From NCBI RefSeq assembly GCF_052425735.1, contig NC_135761.1, forward strand, positions 24,180,001-24,244,000: a stretch of DNA of 64,000 nucleotides, in the 5' to 3' direction. Below are positions 10,579-20,713 of this stretch, piece after piece (position 1 is the stretch's first letter; each line of letters starts with the position of its first letter). The DNA comes from Oculina patagonica. Its lineage: Eukaryota. The notes beneath the pieces are model-generated. The model saw nothing but the letters and a program-made list of their open reading frames with translations. It had not been told where the DNA came from and searched no databases. The translations under genes were made by a program, and so were the position numbers.

Positions 10579-12597
10579 ATGGCAGACAGACTTATTATGA
10601 AAAAGACTGTAGAACCTTTCCTTCTCCCGGAAGTAGAAATTATGATCGATGACAGTCTTGCATACACTGTGAAAGCTTTTGGTTGTTATCTTCCTGAAGA
10701 TCATCCCCTCTATGTTACTCACCAGCGTTCAGTCAGAAACATTTCAGTATGTGAAATTGTTAAAGAGCTGGAGTGCTATAAACTTTGCTGTGGAGTGGAA
10801 GCCAGTGAATTAACAAGCCAGCTGTTTCATCACGTAATTCCCATAAATGAAGACTCACTTCAGGTATGTGAGCATGGTGAACAGTTTCCCAACAAAGGTT
10901 TCTGGCGGTCAAAGGGCTGCCATCTCATGTGCGAAAAAGAAGTTGGGGAAGATGCATGCCCACAATGTTTGGAGTACCTGGTTTCCTCAAGAAAGCCCAT
11001 AAAAGCAAAGGAAAGGCGGCTCTCCAAACCTGCAAGTGTCAAGGCACCAGTATCAAAAACTGATCCGGAAAGAATTAAACTGACATTACAACAACAAAGA
11101 CTGAAATGTGCCGAACTTGAGCGAGAGCTAAATGAAATGCGAGCGGCAATTGTCAAAACAAACATTGAAGTCGATCATGAACTTAGCAACGACTTCACTA
11201 AAATCCTCAATGAGGCTGATGACAACATCACTCCTTTCATGAGCCTTTTCTGGCAGCAACAGAAAAAACTTTTCTCCAGCAGTCGTACTGGGGTGCGATA
11301 CCATCCAATGATCATCAGGTTTTGTCTTTCACTTGCTGCTAAGTCACCTTCATGTTACGAAGAGCTTAGAAATAGTAAAGTGTTGGTACTCCCAAGTCAG
11401 CGACGACTGAAAGATTATCGAAATGCCATTCGGCCACAACGTGGATTCCAAGAGGAAATTGTTCAGGAGTTGAACTCCTTAACTGACACATACTTTGATG
11501 TTCAAAGATATGTGGTTCTTTTGTTTGACGAGATGAAAGTCATGTCAAACCTTGTTTTGGACAAGATAACAGGAGAACTGATCGGTTTTACTGATCTTGG
11601 AGACTTGGAACTGAACTATGCTGTTTTGGAAAAAGTCAATGAAATTGCAACACATGCTCTTGCCTTTCTGGTTCGTGGAGTGTGCACTGACCTCAAGTTC
11701 TGCCTTGCACATTTTGCCACAACTGGTGTTACTTCTGCACAACTAATGCTCTTGTTTTGGGAAGCTGTTTGTATATTAGAAACTAGTTGCAATCTGTGGG
11801 TCATTGCTGCCACATCTGATGGTGCTTCACCAAATAGGAGGTTTTACCACCTTCACAAACCCCTTGATGGAGATGCAGGCACTGATGTGTGTTATCGTGC
11901 AGTTAACATTTTTGCACCTCATCGCTTTGTCTACTTCCTCTCTGATGCCCTGCACCTAGTCAAAACAACACGGAACTGTCTCATGCACTCTGGATCTGGA
12001 AAATGTACCCGATATATGTGGAATGATGGGCAGTATTTATTGTGGCAGCACATCACAGAGATTTTCTATCAGGATGTGGACAATGGCTTAAAGCTGTTGC
12101 CTAGGCTGTCGTATGAGCATGTACACCTGACCGCGTATTCTGTCATGCGGGTGAATCTTGCTGCACAAGTCCTGAGTGCATCAGTTGCTGCAGTTCTGAA
12201 GACATTTGGACCTCCAGAGACATCAGCAACTGCAAAACTCTGCGAAATGGTCGATGGCTTCTTTGATTGTCTCAATGTGAGAAGCACGACAGAACATCAG
12301 AGAAAGCGCAAACCATTATTGGCTCCTTATACTTCTGTTGATGACGAAAGGTGTGTTGTTGATTTTTTTATTTTAAATTTTGTTTAATTTATAAAGTATT
12401 ATTTAGCAAAATGGGTATAAAATCATCGATTGTAAATGGTTTCTTTATATATAGTGCTTTATTCAGAATTTACAAATCCTGAAAAGGAGGGCCCAGAGGT
12501 TATCCCGATTAGAATATTTATTTTGCTTTAAAAAAGCTTCTGTTTAATTAGTATTAATCAATTAAAGCTACTTAGATGCATTTGTATAATGGAGTAC

Positions 12598-12843
12598 CAG
12601 GGCTCGAAAAAAACTTGAATTCCAACTTGCCCATAGGGCAAGTAACTCTCAAACTTTGCTTGCCCGGGCACTCCCCCCCCCCCCCTGCCCAGGCTCTCAA
12701 ACTAATTAATAATTCATGAAATTAAGTTAATTGATGGTTTGCCTGGGCCCTTGCCCTTCGGGCAAGTAAGCATGAAAAGTCACTTGCCTGGCAGGAAAAT
12801 CCACTTGTCCCGGACGACCGGACAGGGGTTTTGGTGAGCCCTG
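12598..12843. mobile_element. Small TIR element in transposase intron 2
   Basis: CAGGGCTC...GAGCCCTG termini, AGTAC on both flanks, internal ACTTGCCC repeats. Confidence 0.7.
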
Positions 12844-13969
12844 AGTACTAATGATGTGGAAGTATCTTTTTATGTTGCCTTATCCATGTCAAGAAACAGT
12901 AATTAATGACTTTTCTTTTATTTCTTAGATTTGCATGGTTGATGGAGTTCCTAGACTATCTGAGGACTTGGAAAGAGAATGTTGACAACAGACCCGGTAA
13001 CTTCACCCAGAATGCCAGAAACCGAATGTTTCTCTCATGGCAGACATATGAGGGCTTCCAAATATCTGTACATTCTGCTGTTGAAGTAACAAGATTTTTG
13101 CTTCAGGAAGGGTTTGAATTTGTCCTCACAGAACGGTTCTGCCAGGATCCAGTAGAGGAGTACTTCGGGGGCCAGCGGAAACTGGGTAGGCGCAGTGACA
13201 ACCCTGACATAAAAACATTTGGGTATAACAGTAACACACTAAGAATGCAGAGAACAGTGTCCTGTCAGAGTGGCAACACAAGGGGCCGAAAGGACAAGAC
13301 ACGAGCTTGGGAACAAGTTACTGGTGTTAAGTTACCATGTAGAACAAAACTGAAACTGTAGTCAATTAAGTCATTTCAGTATTTCATCATTGAGGAGATT
13401 AATCACATAGCATCCAGTGTACATTTTGTATTATACACTGTACATGTACTGTAGATACAATTATTTCATGTCATTTGACAAAGATTTTTTAGTGCTTTTT
13501 AAATAAGTAAGGTTTCTTGAAAGTTGAATTATGTGGTAATTCTGTAATGTAACCAATAAATACAGAGACCATTAAGGAGAATTTTTTTTTGATCATTCAA
13601 AGTGAAAATACTTGTCAAGAACAGCTTGCAGTTGTGTTTCATTATGACTGTGCTTGTGAGTGCAAATGGTAATTATTAAGTGTAACAAGGAAATACAAGG
13701 AGACCATTAAGGTGAATTTTTGTATTGAACAGCTTGCAGTTGTGTTTCATCGCGACAGAGCATATAAAACAAGAAATATAATTTATTAAAGATCCATAAG
13801 TTCTTATAATCTATCTCACTGATAACTTGAATGAATTTCATTGTTTTACCAAACCTGAATCAAAGTTTAAAAAATTTCAGAGTTAACATGGCATTTATTG
13901 TCCTCGCTGCAAATGGTGGTTCTGATCACAATGTACTAATAAAGAAATCAAAAATGTGAATTAACAGTC

Positions 13970-15472
13970 TTATTCCTGCCTTTGTTGGTCATCACCTTGA
14001 CAACTTCTACTAATTTCCTTGCGTAAAGCCTTTGCTTTGGTTTTAGTTGCCTTGATCTCGTAATGCTGAATGATATCCTTGGCAAAAGAGAATGAACGTA
14101 CATGTACATACAGACTTATAATGCCACGCAAGACATCCTTACAAACATGACTGTCCGGTTCAAGTTCTGCATCTGATACCATCAAATTGTAATAAGCAAG
14201 GATGTCACTATCACTGGTTGCTTTGTTAGTGATGCCAGAAAGATCTAATCTTTGCAAGTCAGGCTTTGATGTGAACTGCCTAAAATGAATTTCTGCTTTT
14301 AAAAAAATTTGCTGTGCAGGCTGAGTGATTGACCAAAGTCCCCCACGGTTCAAGGCTGACACACGTTTTTGGCTAGAGTCAGTTATGCTCTCCAGTTTCC
14401 CAGCTTTCAGTATTGCCATAGCTTGTTGGCTCTCCACTGAGTTAGTTCGTCCATGTTTTTTGTGTAAGTTGTGCAGAACATAACCTCCAAGATATTGCAT
14501 CCCAGCTTTTTCCTTATCTGACAACACAGTTTTTATATGATGACTGCTTTCGGTAGAGTGTTTTTGTTGCTTAGAGTATGCCAGCAAACAGTCAGCAACT
14601 TTGGTTGCCAGTAGTGTTGCTGCATTTCTAGAAATTCCACTGAAGAATTGGGTAAACTTTGCAGCAACTGTTGCATAATATTTGCCATAAAACTTTTCTG
14701 CATCTCCATTTCTTGCATATCCTTCATAGATTGCTTTGATAGCAGAGAATTCATTGCTGTCTTCTTGTAGCTGTTGGTATGAGTAATTGCTAAGCTCAGT
14801 CCTTAAATTTCCTGCAAAAACTTTCCTTTCCTTAACATTGCGGACAGCACGGTCAACTATTTCTGCCAGAACATTTGGGCTTAACTGTTGCACCTGCTCC
14901 AATTCTGCCTGTTGATTGTTGTGTTTTGCAGCCCTGTGTCTCTCATAACCTCCTCTTGTTTTGTACTTCTTTCCGCAGTCATTACAAACAATTTCTTGAC
15001 GCTGAGCCTACAAAGATATCACAAACATTACCATTGTAACATAAATAAACTACATGTATATACTTAAGAGTTTGAAAATAAAAATTCGGTGGCCACACAA
15101 AGTTTATCACTTGAAATAATTTCGACAAATCGCTACATTCCGAAGCTTTGAGCTCTTTAGAAGCTTTACATAAGTCTTCCTTGTTTCGCAGGAGCGCTAA
15201 AGAAAGTCGCATTAGAAGAAACAGCAATATATAAGCATAGTTTTTACGCGAGCGTTTGTTGAATTTCGTTTGTTTACACTCGTCGAGTAGCCTATCGTGG
15301 CAAATTTAAGCTCAGTAGTGCGAAATTACAACTCGAAATTGCAACTTTCTCAACTTACATTTCTAACTGCGACGGAAAATTGTTCCTCTACTTCTTCATC
15401 GTCTTCCAAAATACCCAAGATCGCTTCAAAATCTTCTCCCCATACAAACAAACCGTCTCCACCGTCCGCCAT
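13970..15472 (-). CDS. Second P-element gene: acidic N-terminus + C2H2 zinc finger + P-transposase C-terminal-like domain; exons 15472-15359 and 15007-13970, ~383 aa
   Basis: Exon 1 [38 protein letters not shown]|gtaagt; acceptor tttgtag|GCT in phase 0; [22 protein letters not shown] zinc finger; [13 protein letters not shown]...NRGGL motifs; open to stop at 13970. Confidence 0.8.
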
Positions 15473-15508
15473 CTTGAATGAACTTGTGCACGGTCAGAGT
15501 CACGTGAC
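15467..15508 (-). promoter_or_regulatory. Right subterminal promoter-like module (GTCACGTGAC + TGACCGTGCACAAG + CAAGATGGCG containing the gene-2 ATG)
   Basis: Mirror of 9670-9710; function inferred. Confidence 0.5.
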
Positions 15509-15612
15509 GGGTCTGTTCAACATCGCCGACCGCGCTATTGTTTAACCCTTTGATGTTTACCGGGTTTCACAACCAGTCTCCTCTACTAACTATGCCTCTA
15601 CTAACTATGTTG

Positions 15613-15722
15613 TGGCAAAGGCTCCGATTGTCGAGGCAAAAGCTGCGATTGATGTGCATGGCAAAGGCTGCGATTGTTGGGCAAAGGCTGCGATTTTTGG
15701 GGCAAAAGCTGCGATTGTTGGG
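15613..15722. repeat. ~21-bp minisatellite, right part
   Basis: ~5 units of GGCAAA(G/A)GCTGCGATT(G/T)TTGG. Confidence 0.8.
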
Positions 15723-15740
15723 ATAAGTGTCGTTGTTAAA

Positions 15741-16250
15741 GAATCAGACAAATGCTCATGACTCGTCAAAAATCTTTTAAGCACTTAGTCGATCACTTGA
15801 GGCGTACTGCAAAGCCTTTAGAACGACTCTTTACAGAGCGTTGGACCTGTCTCTTTTAACTTGAGAACGCAATTCGGATACGACGACCAACCGTTTCCAT
15901 TGGAAGCCCAAGGCCAAACTTTCCTACACAAAGGCACCGTAAAATGCTTTCCCATCAATCACGATGAAATCCCGCTCAAGGATTGCGAAATACAGCGTAC
16001 CAAGGGAAAATACGTCGGCCCTTTCTGTGTAATTGGTTAATGAAAAATTCTGGAGCAACCCAGTGTATGGGGCCAGTTCCTGAGCTCATGTAGTCCGTGT
16101 TAGTAACTTGCCAGCCATAAACCGTCGTCTTCTTGGGCTTGGGTTAGTTTGAGTGCGGTGTACTCGCGAGCGAGGCCAAAATCAGCCAATTTCACTCCTC
16201 CGTGGCGGCAAGAAGCACATTATCCGCCTTCAAATCGCGGTGAACCACTC
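15741..16250 (-). pseudogene. C-terminal half of a type-A' kinase, degenerate
   Basis: VVHRDLKADN...DFGLARE...GTGPIHWVAPEF...ADVFSLGTLYFAILERDF with small indels and an in-frame stop; closest to 35655-36569. Confidence 0.85.
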
Positions 16251-17254
16251 AGTTCAGTTATACCGACAGATTTAGTTTCCACCCTGATAAATAATGCTTT
16301 TTCCTAGCAGTCGAGAACGTGTGGACCGTTTCGCGAAATTGAGGCCAAAATAATGGAAATTTAGGCATGTTAGGTCATGAAATTAACGCTTTGCATAATT
16401 AACGGTGTAGACTTTCTCAAGGTCCTTCGACGCGCGATTTAGGCATGTCACGTTAATTTCCTATAGTAAGGTAAATAAGATGCGTCTCAAATATGACATG
16501 AATAAGAGCCTTGAATACATGCACTAGTGGAATTTTGTACGGCCAGTTTGCATTTAATAATTGTAAAGTTTTCAGTTGAGCACATTTAAAAAACTCAGCA
16601 CGCTTCCAAAACTCAATAATTAAATAAAACTAATGTAATATTTCTTGTAACATTAATGAACAATTAGACGCAAACAAGTCCATGACTCATTAATTTGTAG
16701 GAGCAATTCCAAGTCTTAAAGAACCCTGTTCTTGACGCATCCTGTTTTTGATCCACTTTGTTTTTGTCGTCAGGCGGGATTTCATACCATGTCCCCACAA
16801 TTATTTCAGATCTTATTGACCTAAACCATTTGCCATAATTATAACTTCCTTTAATCAGGTTACAAAGTGAATATGCCTGTAGCCACGAGCGTTCAATTTT
16901 TTCGTGTTTGCGTTGTAATTAGTTTTAATTCTCGTCAGTATTTTGTTCGGTTTTTTTGGTTTCTTTGTTAAGCGTAGCTCATTATTGCCCCCGCAGGGTT
17001 TTGGCCCAGAGGCCAAAACCCGAGGAGGCATCATTGAAGTCCCCGCGTGTATATATATAAGGGATTAAAAAATAGAAGATATATGAAGAAATATACAAGA
17101 AATGTATGGTAGTATGCGAGGCGATCCCGATTTGAAGAAACTAGGCGCGCACGGTGGTCTCGGTTAATTTTGCGGCAAGCACGCAAGGTGTTTTGGGTGT
17201 TTTCGCCGCCATACTGCGAGCAACAAGTTGAAGATTTGCGACTCAAACGTCTCA

Positions 17255-17319
17255 TAGCCTGCGTTGCAGACGAATTAAACCCCGAGGTTTTGTGAGACGT
17301 CCGGCTGCAACGCAGGCTA
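17255..17319. mobile_element. 65-bp TAG-terminated mini-element (second copy at ~17945-18009)
   Basis: TAGCCTGCGTTGCAG...CTGCAACGCAGGCTA; 8-bp TSD ACGTCTCA. Confidence 0.75.
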
Positions 17320-17766
17320 ACGTCTCAAAGTTAGATAAGTTCGCTGAATTGAAAGACTCTTTTGTAAACCGCGATCGGTCAAACACAAATCACAACAGAC
17401 CGGAAGACTTAGTCACAATCAAAACAGACTACCCAGCTACAACTCACAACTGAGATTTGCCATTTCTCGACGAAACACACTCCAGAGATTATTGCGCCCG
17501 CAGGGTTTTGGCCCAGAGGCCAAAACCCGAGGAGGCATCATTGAAGTCCTCGCGTGTATATATATAAGGGATTAAAAAAATAGAAAATATATGAAGAAAT
17601 ATACAAGAAATATATGGTAGTATGCGAGGCGATCCCGATTTGAATAAGCTAGGCGCGCACGGTGGTCTCGGTTAATTTTGCGGCAAGCACGCAAGGTGTT
17701 CTGGGTGTTTTCGCCGCCATACTGCGAGCAACAAGCTGAAGATTTGCGACTCAAACGTCTCATAGC

Positions 17767-17939
17767 TAGACTACGAGCAGTCCCTATTTTTTCGCAGAGT
17801 CCATCGAGCTTGAAGCGAATTTTTTTGAAGAGTTCGTCGAGCTTATTTTTTCGCTATAAGCTCGACGAACTCTTCGAAAAAAAAAATTCGCTTCAAGCTC
17901 GACGGACTCTGCGAAAAAATAGGGACTGCTCGTAGTCTA
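17767..17939. mobile_element. Hairpin MITE with TAG termini and 9-bp TSD (AcademH- or Mutator-like)
   Basis: TAGACTACGAGCAGTCCCT...AGGGACTGCTCGTAGTCTA; TSD TCTCATAGC; absent from the duplicate at ~17250. Confidence 0.85.
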
Positions 17940-18260
17940 TCTCATAGCCTGCGTTGCAGACGAATTAAACCCCGAGGTTTTGTGAGACGTCCGGCTGCAA
18001 CGCAGGCTAACGTCTCAAAGTTAGATAAGTTCGCTGAATTGAAAGACTCGTCTGTAAACCGCGATCGGTCAAACACAAATCACAACAGACCGAAAGACTT
18101 AGTCACAATCAAAACAAACTACCCAGCTACAACTCACAACTGAGATTTGCCATTTCTCGACGAAACACGCTCCAGAGATTATAGTCAATTGTAAAAAATA
18201 TTTTACAAAAGGGATTGAATACTGAGACTCGCGAGACGTTTTTGTCAAAAGAGATGAGAA

Positions 18261-18700
18261 TGAATGAATGAATGAAATACTTTATTAAAGTGTCTGAAGT
18301 ATTTACATTATTATATATCTAAGCTATTTAAAGTTAAAATATTTACACTTAAATTCTAAGAAGAAGAAAAACTGAAGAATCGTACTACATAGATTAATAA
18401 ATAAATAAATAAATAAATAAATAAATTACAATAGAATATAAAATTTTATTATAAAAGTAGGTGAAAGATAAAAATTGCAGTTAAGAGTTAAAAATTAAAA
18501 ATTTAAAAATGTATATCGGCTAGCTGCATATGTCACATTTACACTCAGTTTGTATAAGACGGGTGAGGTCTTTTCTCCCAATACTGTTTTTAAAACTCGT
18601 GACATTATGTTTTTCTCTATCACTGTGGTCTAGTTTGCTCCATAGATAAGGCCCGAAATATCGTAAAGAATGTTTTCCATAATGTACTGTGCGAAAACTG
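18261..18700 (-). mobile_element. 5'-truncated CR1/L2-type LINE (end of ORF2, 3' UTR and (TTCA)n tail)
   Basis: Translates SFRTVHYGKHSLRYFGPYLWSKL...FKNSI...CKCDICS* (stop 18520-18522); TGAGAA duplicated at 18255 and 18701; empty site at ~20450. Confidence 0.85.
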
Positions 18701-19005
18701 TGAGAAAATTTTGCCGCATCTTTGACAAGTCAGTTGTCGAGACGAAGACTGTGGTTTCCGCTTCCATGCCAAGAAAATTTAATGAAAACAGTTAGCTCCA
18801 GTTGTTCGATAGTTGTTACAATCATTTGTTTTCTTAGAAACGAATACGAGGACTTGACTATTTCCAACGAGAAAAAGTTACCACTCAAATCGATACCGCT
18901 AGTCACTAATCTCATTGTTTCCTTTTTTTAACTTTTCACTATAAATAAGCATTAATTGTAAGATGTCTCACGGCTATAAAAGCACTAGAGTAAACATCCA
19001 AGAAA

Positions 19006-20234
19006 TATATGTTATTAACCAGCCGGGAGGTCCGTATTGGGAAAAACTGTGCCCGAGGTCTTGGATACCGCCCGAGGCCGCAGGCCGAGGGCGGTTCCAA
19101 GACCGAGGGCACAGTTTTTTCCAATACGGACCGACCTAGGCTGGTGAATAACATTTTTATTTTTTTCCTACTTCGTTTGTTTTAAAAAGAGACCTAGAAA
19201 GATTGTGTCACAAAATCTTGGTTTGTATACGCGCGCCATTTCAATGTTGAGTCGATCGACGGGTTAGCAAGAGTGTAAAATGCGGTTTGTTTTTTAGTTC
19301 GATAAAATTTATAATAAATAGTCGCTTCGCTTAAATGAACCGTATTCACAGAAAGGTTTAGCATATTAAATGTACACTGAAGAGATGCAATTAAAAAAAT
19401 TGAAGTAGTAAATATATCATAAATGTAAAATCGTGCCAAAGCATTGACAAAACTAAATCCGAACAAACGTCGATTCCGGCTTCTCAATGAATGTTTTGAA
19501 AAAGAAATCTGTTCGCAGGACATTAAGTTCGAGAATTTCTCTGACTAAAGAATATTATCTGACTGAAAGACAGTTTCGGTATAGCTATACACACTTGTAT
19601 TTAACGAATTAATAAACTCTGCGTTGATTCCCAGCATAATTTCTCTGTGATAAACAGTGCGAAGTGAAAATGAATGAAAGGCGTAGTTTGGACGTACGGC
19701 ACAATATTGCGAGAATTATTTTGGCTGTTTTTAATTAACGGATCTCATTTTCTTGAATGATGGCAACCAGTGTTTTGTTTTGGCAAAAAAAGTGGCCGAT
19801 AAAAAGACAGTTTGTACTCAAAATTGAAGTTTAAAACCGGCACAACTTATCGTAATGGCGTGCAAATGATTCCGAAATGCACAAACAACCACAAACTCGA
19901 CAAACTATGAAACTAGAACTTGATTTTGTCGATAAAGAAATTAATACTCGCCTTTAGAAGAACTTCGAGGCCTTTAATTCCACTTCTATTCTGTCTTTTC
20001 ACATTAACAACAGTTGGTGAGCGACTATTTCGATTTTGCAGAGCAAATCTTTCATGTGTTCGTTTGTACAACGCTGCAAAATGATTTCGCGCGGAAAGTA
20101 CACTCGACGATTCATCTCACAACGGATACCGCCCGCTGTGAGCGGGCCGGATTGGAGAATACCGCCCGCTCCCGGAACCAATCAGATCGCAGGATTTGTA
20201 GAATACCGCCCGCTCACGAACAAAGAAAAAAATA
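19006..20234. mobile_element. Non-autonomous insertion with a ~145-bp imperfect terminal hairpin (family unassigned)
   Basis: Absent from the duplicate at ~25850 (ccaagaaaatttcac); inverted repeat 19009-19153; inserted in an A-run. Confidence 0.7.
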
Positions 20235-20713
20235 AAATTTCACATATTCACGCCAAAGACGGACGGTTAATAAAAAGTTTCCATGCAGCCGCAAAAAAAA
20301 AGACTACATTTGCAAAATCAAATTCAAAGCAGGACTAGCCAAAAGCGGGGGCAATGTTAGTGAGAACTACTCCTAGTATTTAATTGTAAAAAAGATTTTG
20401 CAAATGGGATTGAGTACTGAGACGCGCGAGACGTTTTCGTCACAAGAGGTGAGAAAATTTTGCCGCATCTTTGACAAGTCAGTCTCGATCAGTTGTCGAG
20501 ACGAAGCCTGTGGTTTCCGCTTCCATGCCAAGAAAATTTAATGAAAACAGTTAGCTCCAGTTGTTCGATAGTTGTTACAATCATTTTTTTCTTAGAAACG
20601 AATACGAGGACTTGACTATTTCCACGGCCGAGAAAAAGTTACTACTCAAATCGATACCGCTAGACACTAATCGCATTGTTTCCTTTTGTTAACTTTTCAC
20701 TAATAAGCATTAA

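Larger units (their letters stand above)
9819..13361 (+). pseudogene. THAP-domain P-element transposase, 3 exons (9819-10050, 10192-12350, 12929-13361), frameshifted by a MITE in exon 2
   Basis: THAP C-x4-C...W...CEKHF...GAIP; catalytic [46 protein letters not shown]; GT-AG junctions in compatible phases (1 and 2); removing the 166-bp insertion restores KTMADRL in frame. Confidence 0.88.
9594..15594. mobile_element. P-element-superfamily DNA transposon carrying two convergent genes
   Basis: 48-bp TIRs with 4 mismatches ((g/c)ATAGTTAGTAGAGGAGACTGGTT...CATCAAAGG; 9594-9641 and 15547-15594); internal THAP-DDE transposase; terminal 15 bp repeated at 15595-15609; no clear TSD. Confidence 0.88.

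Noticed and set aside
10080-10667. Overlapping opposite-strand ORFs with near-identical peptides
   Set aside because: Artefact of the palindromic MITE at 10415-10578
9594-15594. Kolobok assignment for the two-gene THAP element
   Set aside because: No TTAA TSD, and the catalytic motifs (FDEM, SDG, DxxHLx[10 protein letters not shown]) are P/THAP9-type
17031-17935. Duplicated short ORFs MRRLSRKSS...
   Set aside because: Lie in the duplicated non-coding 5' part of the Helentron-like element; no recognisable domain
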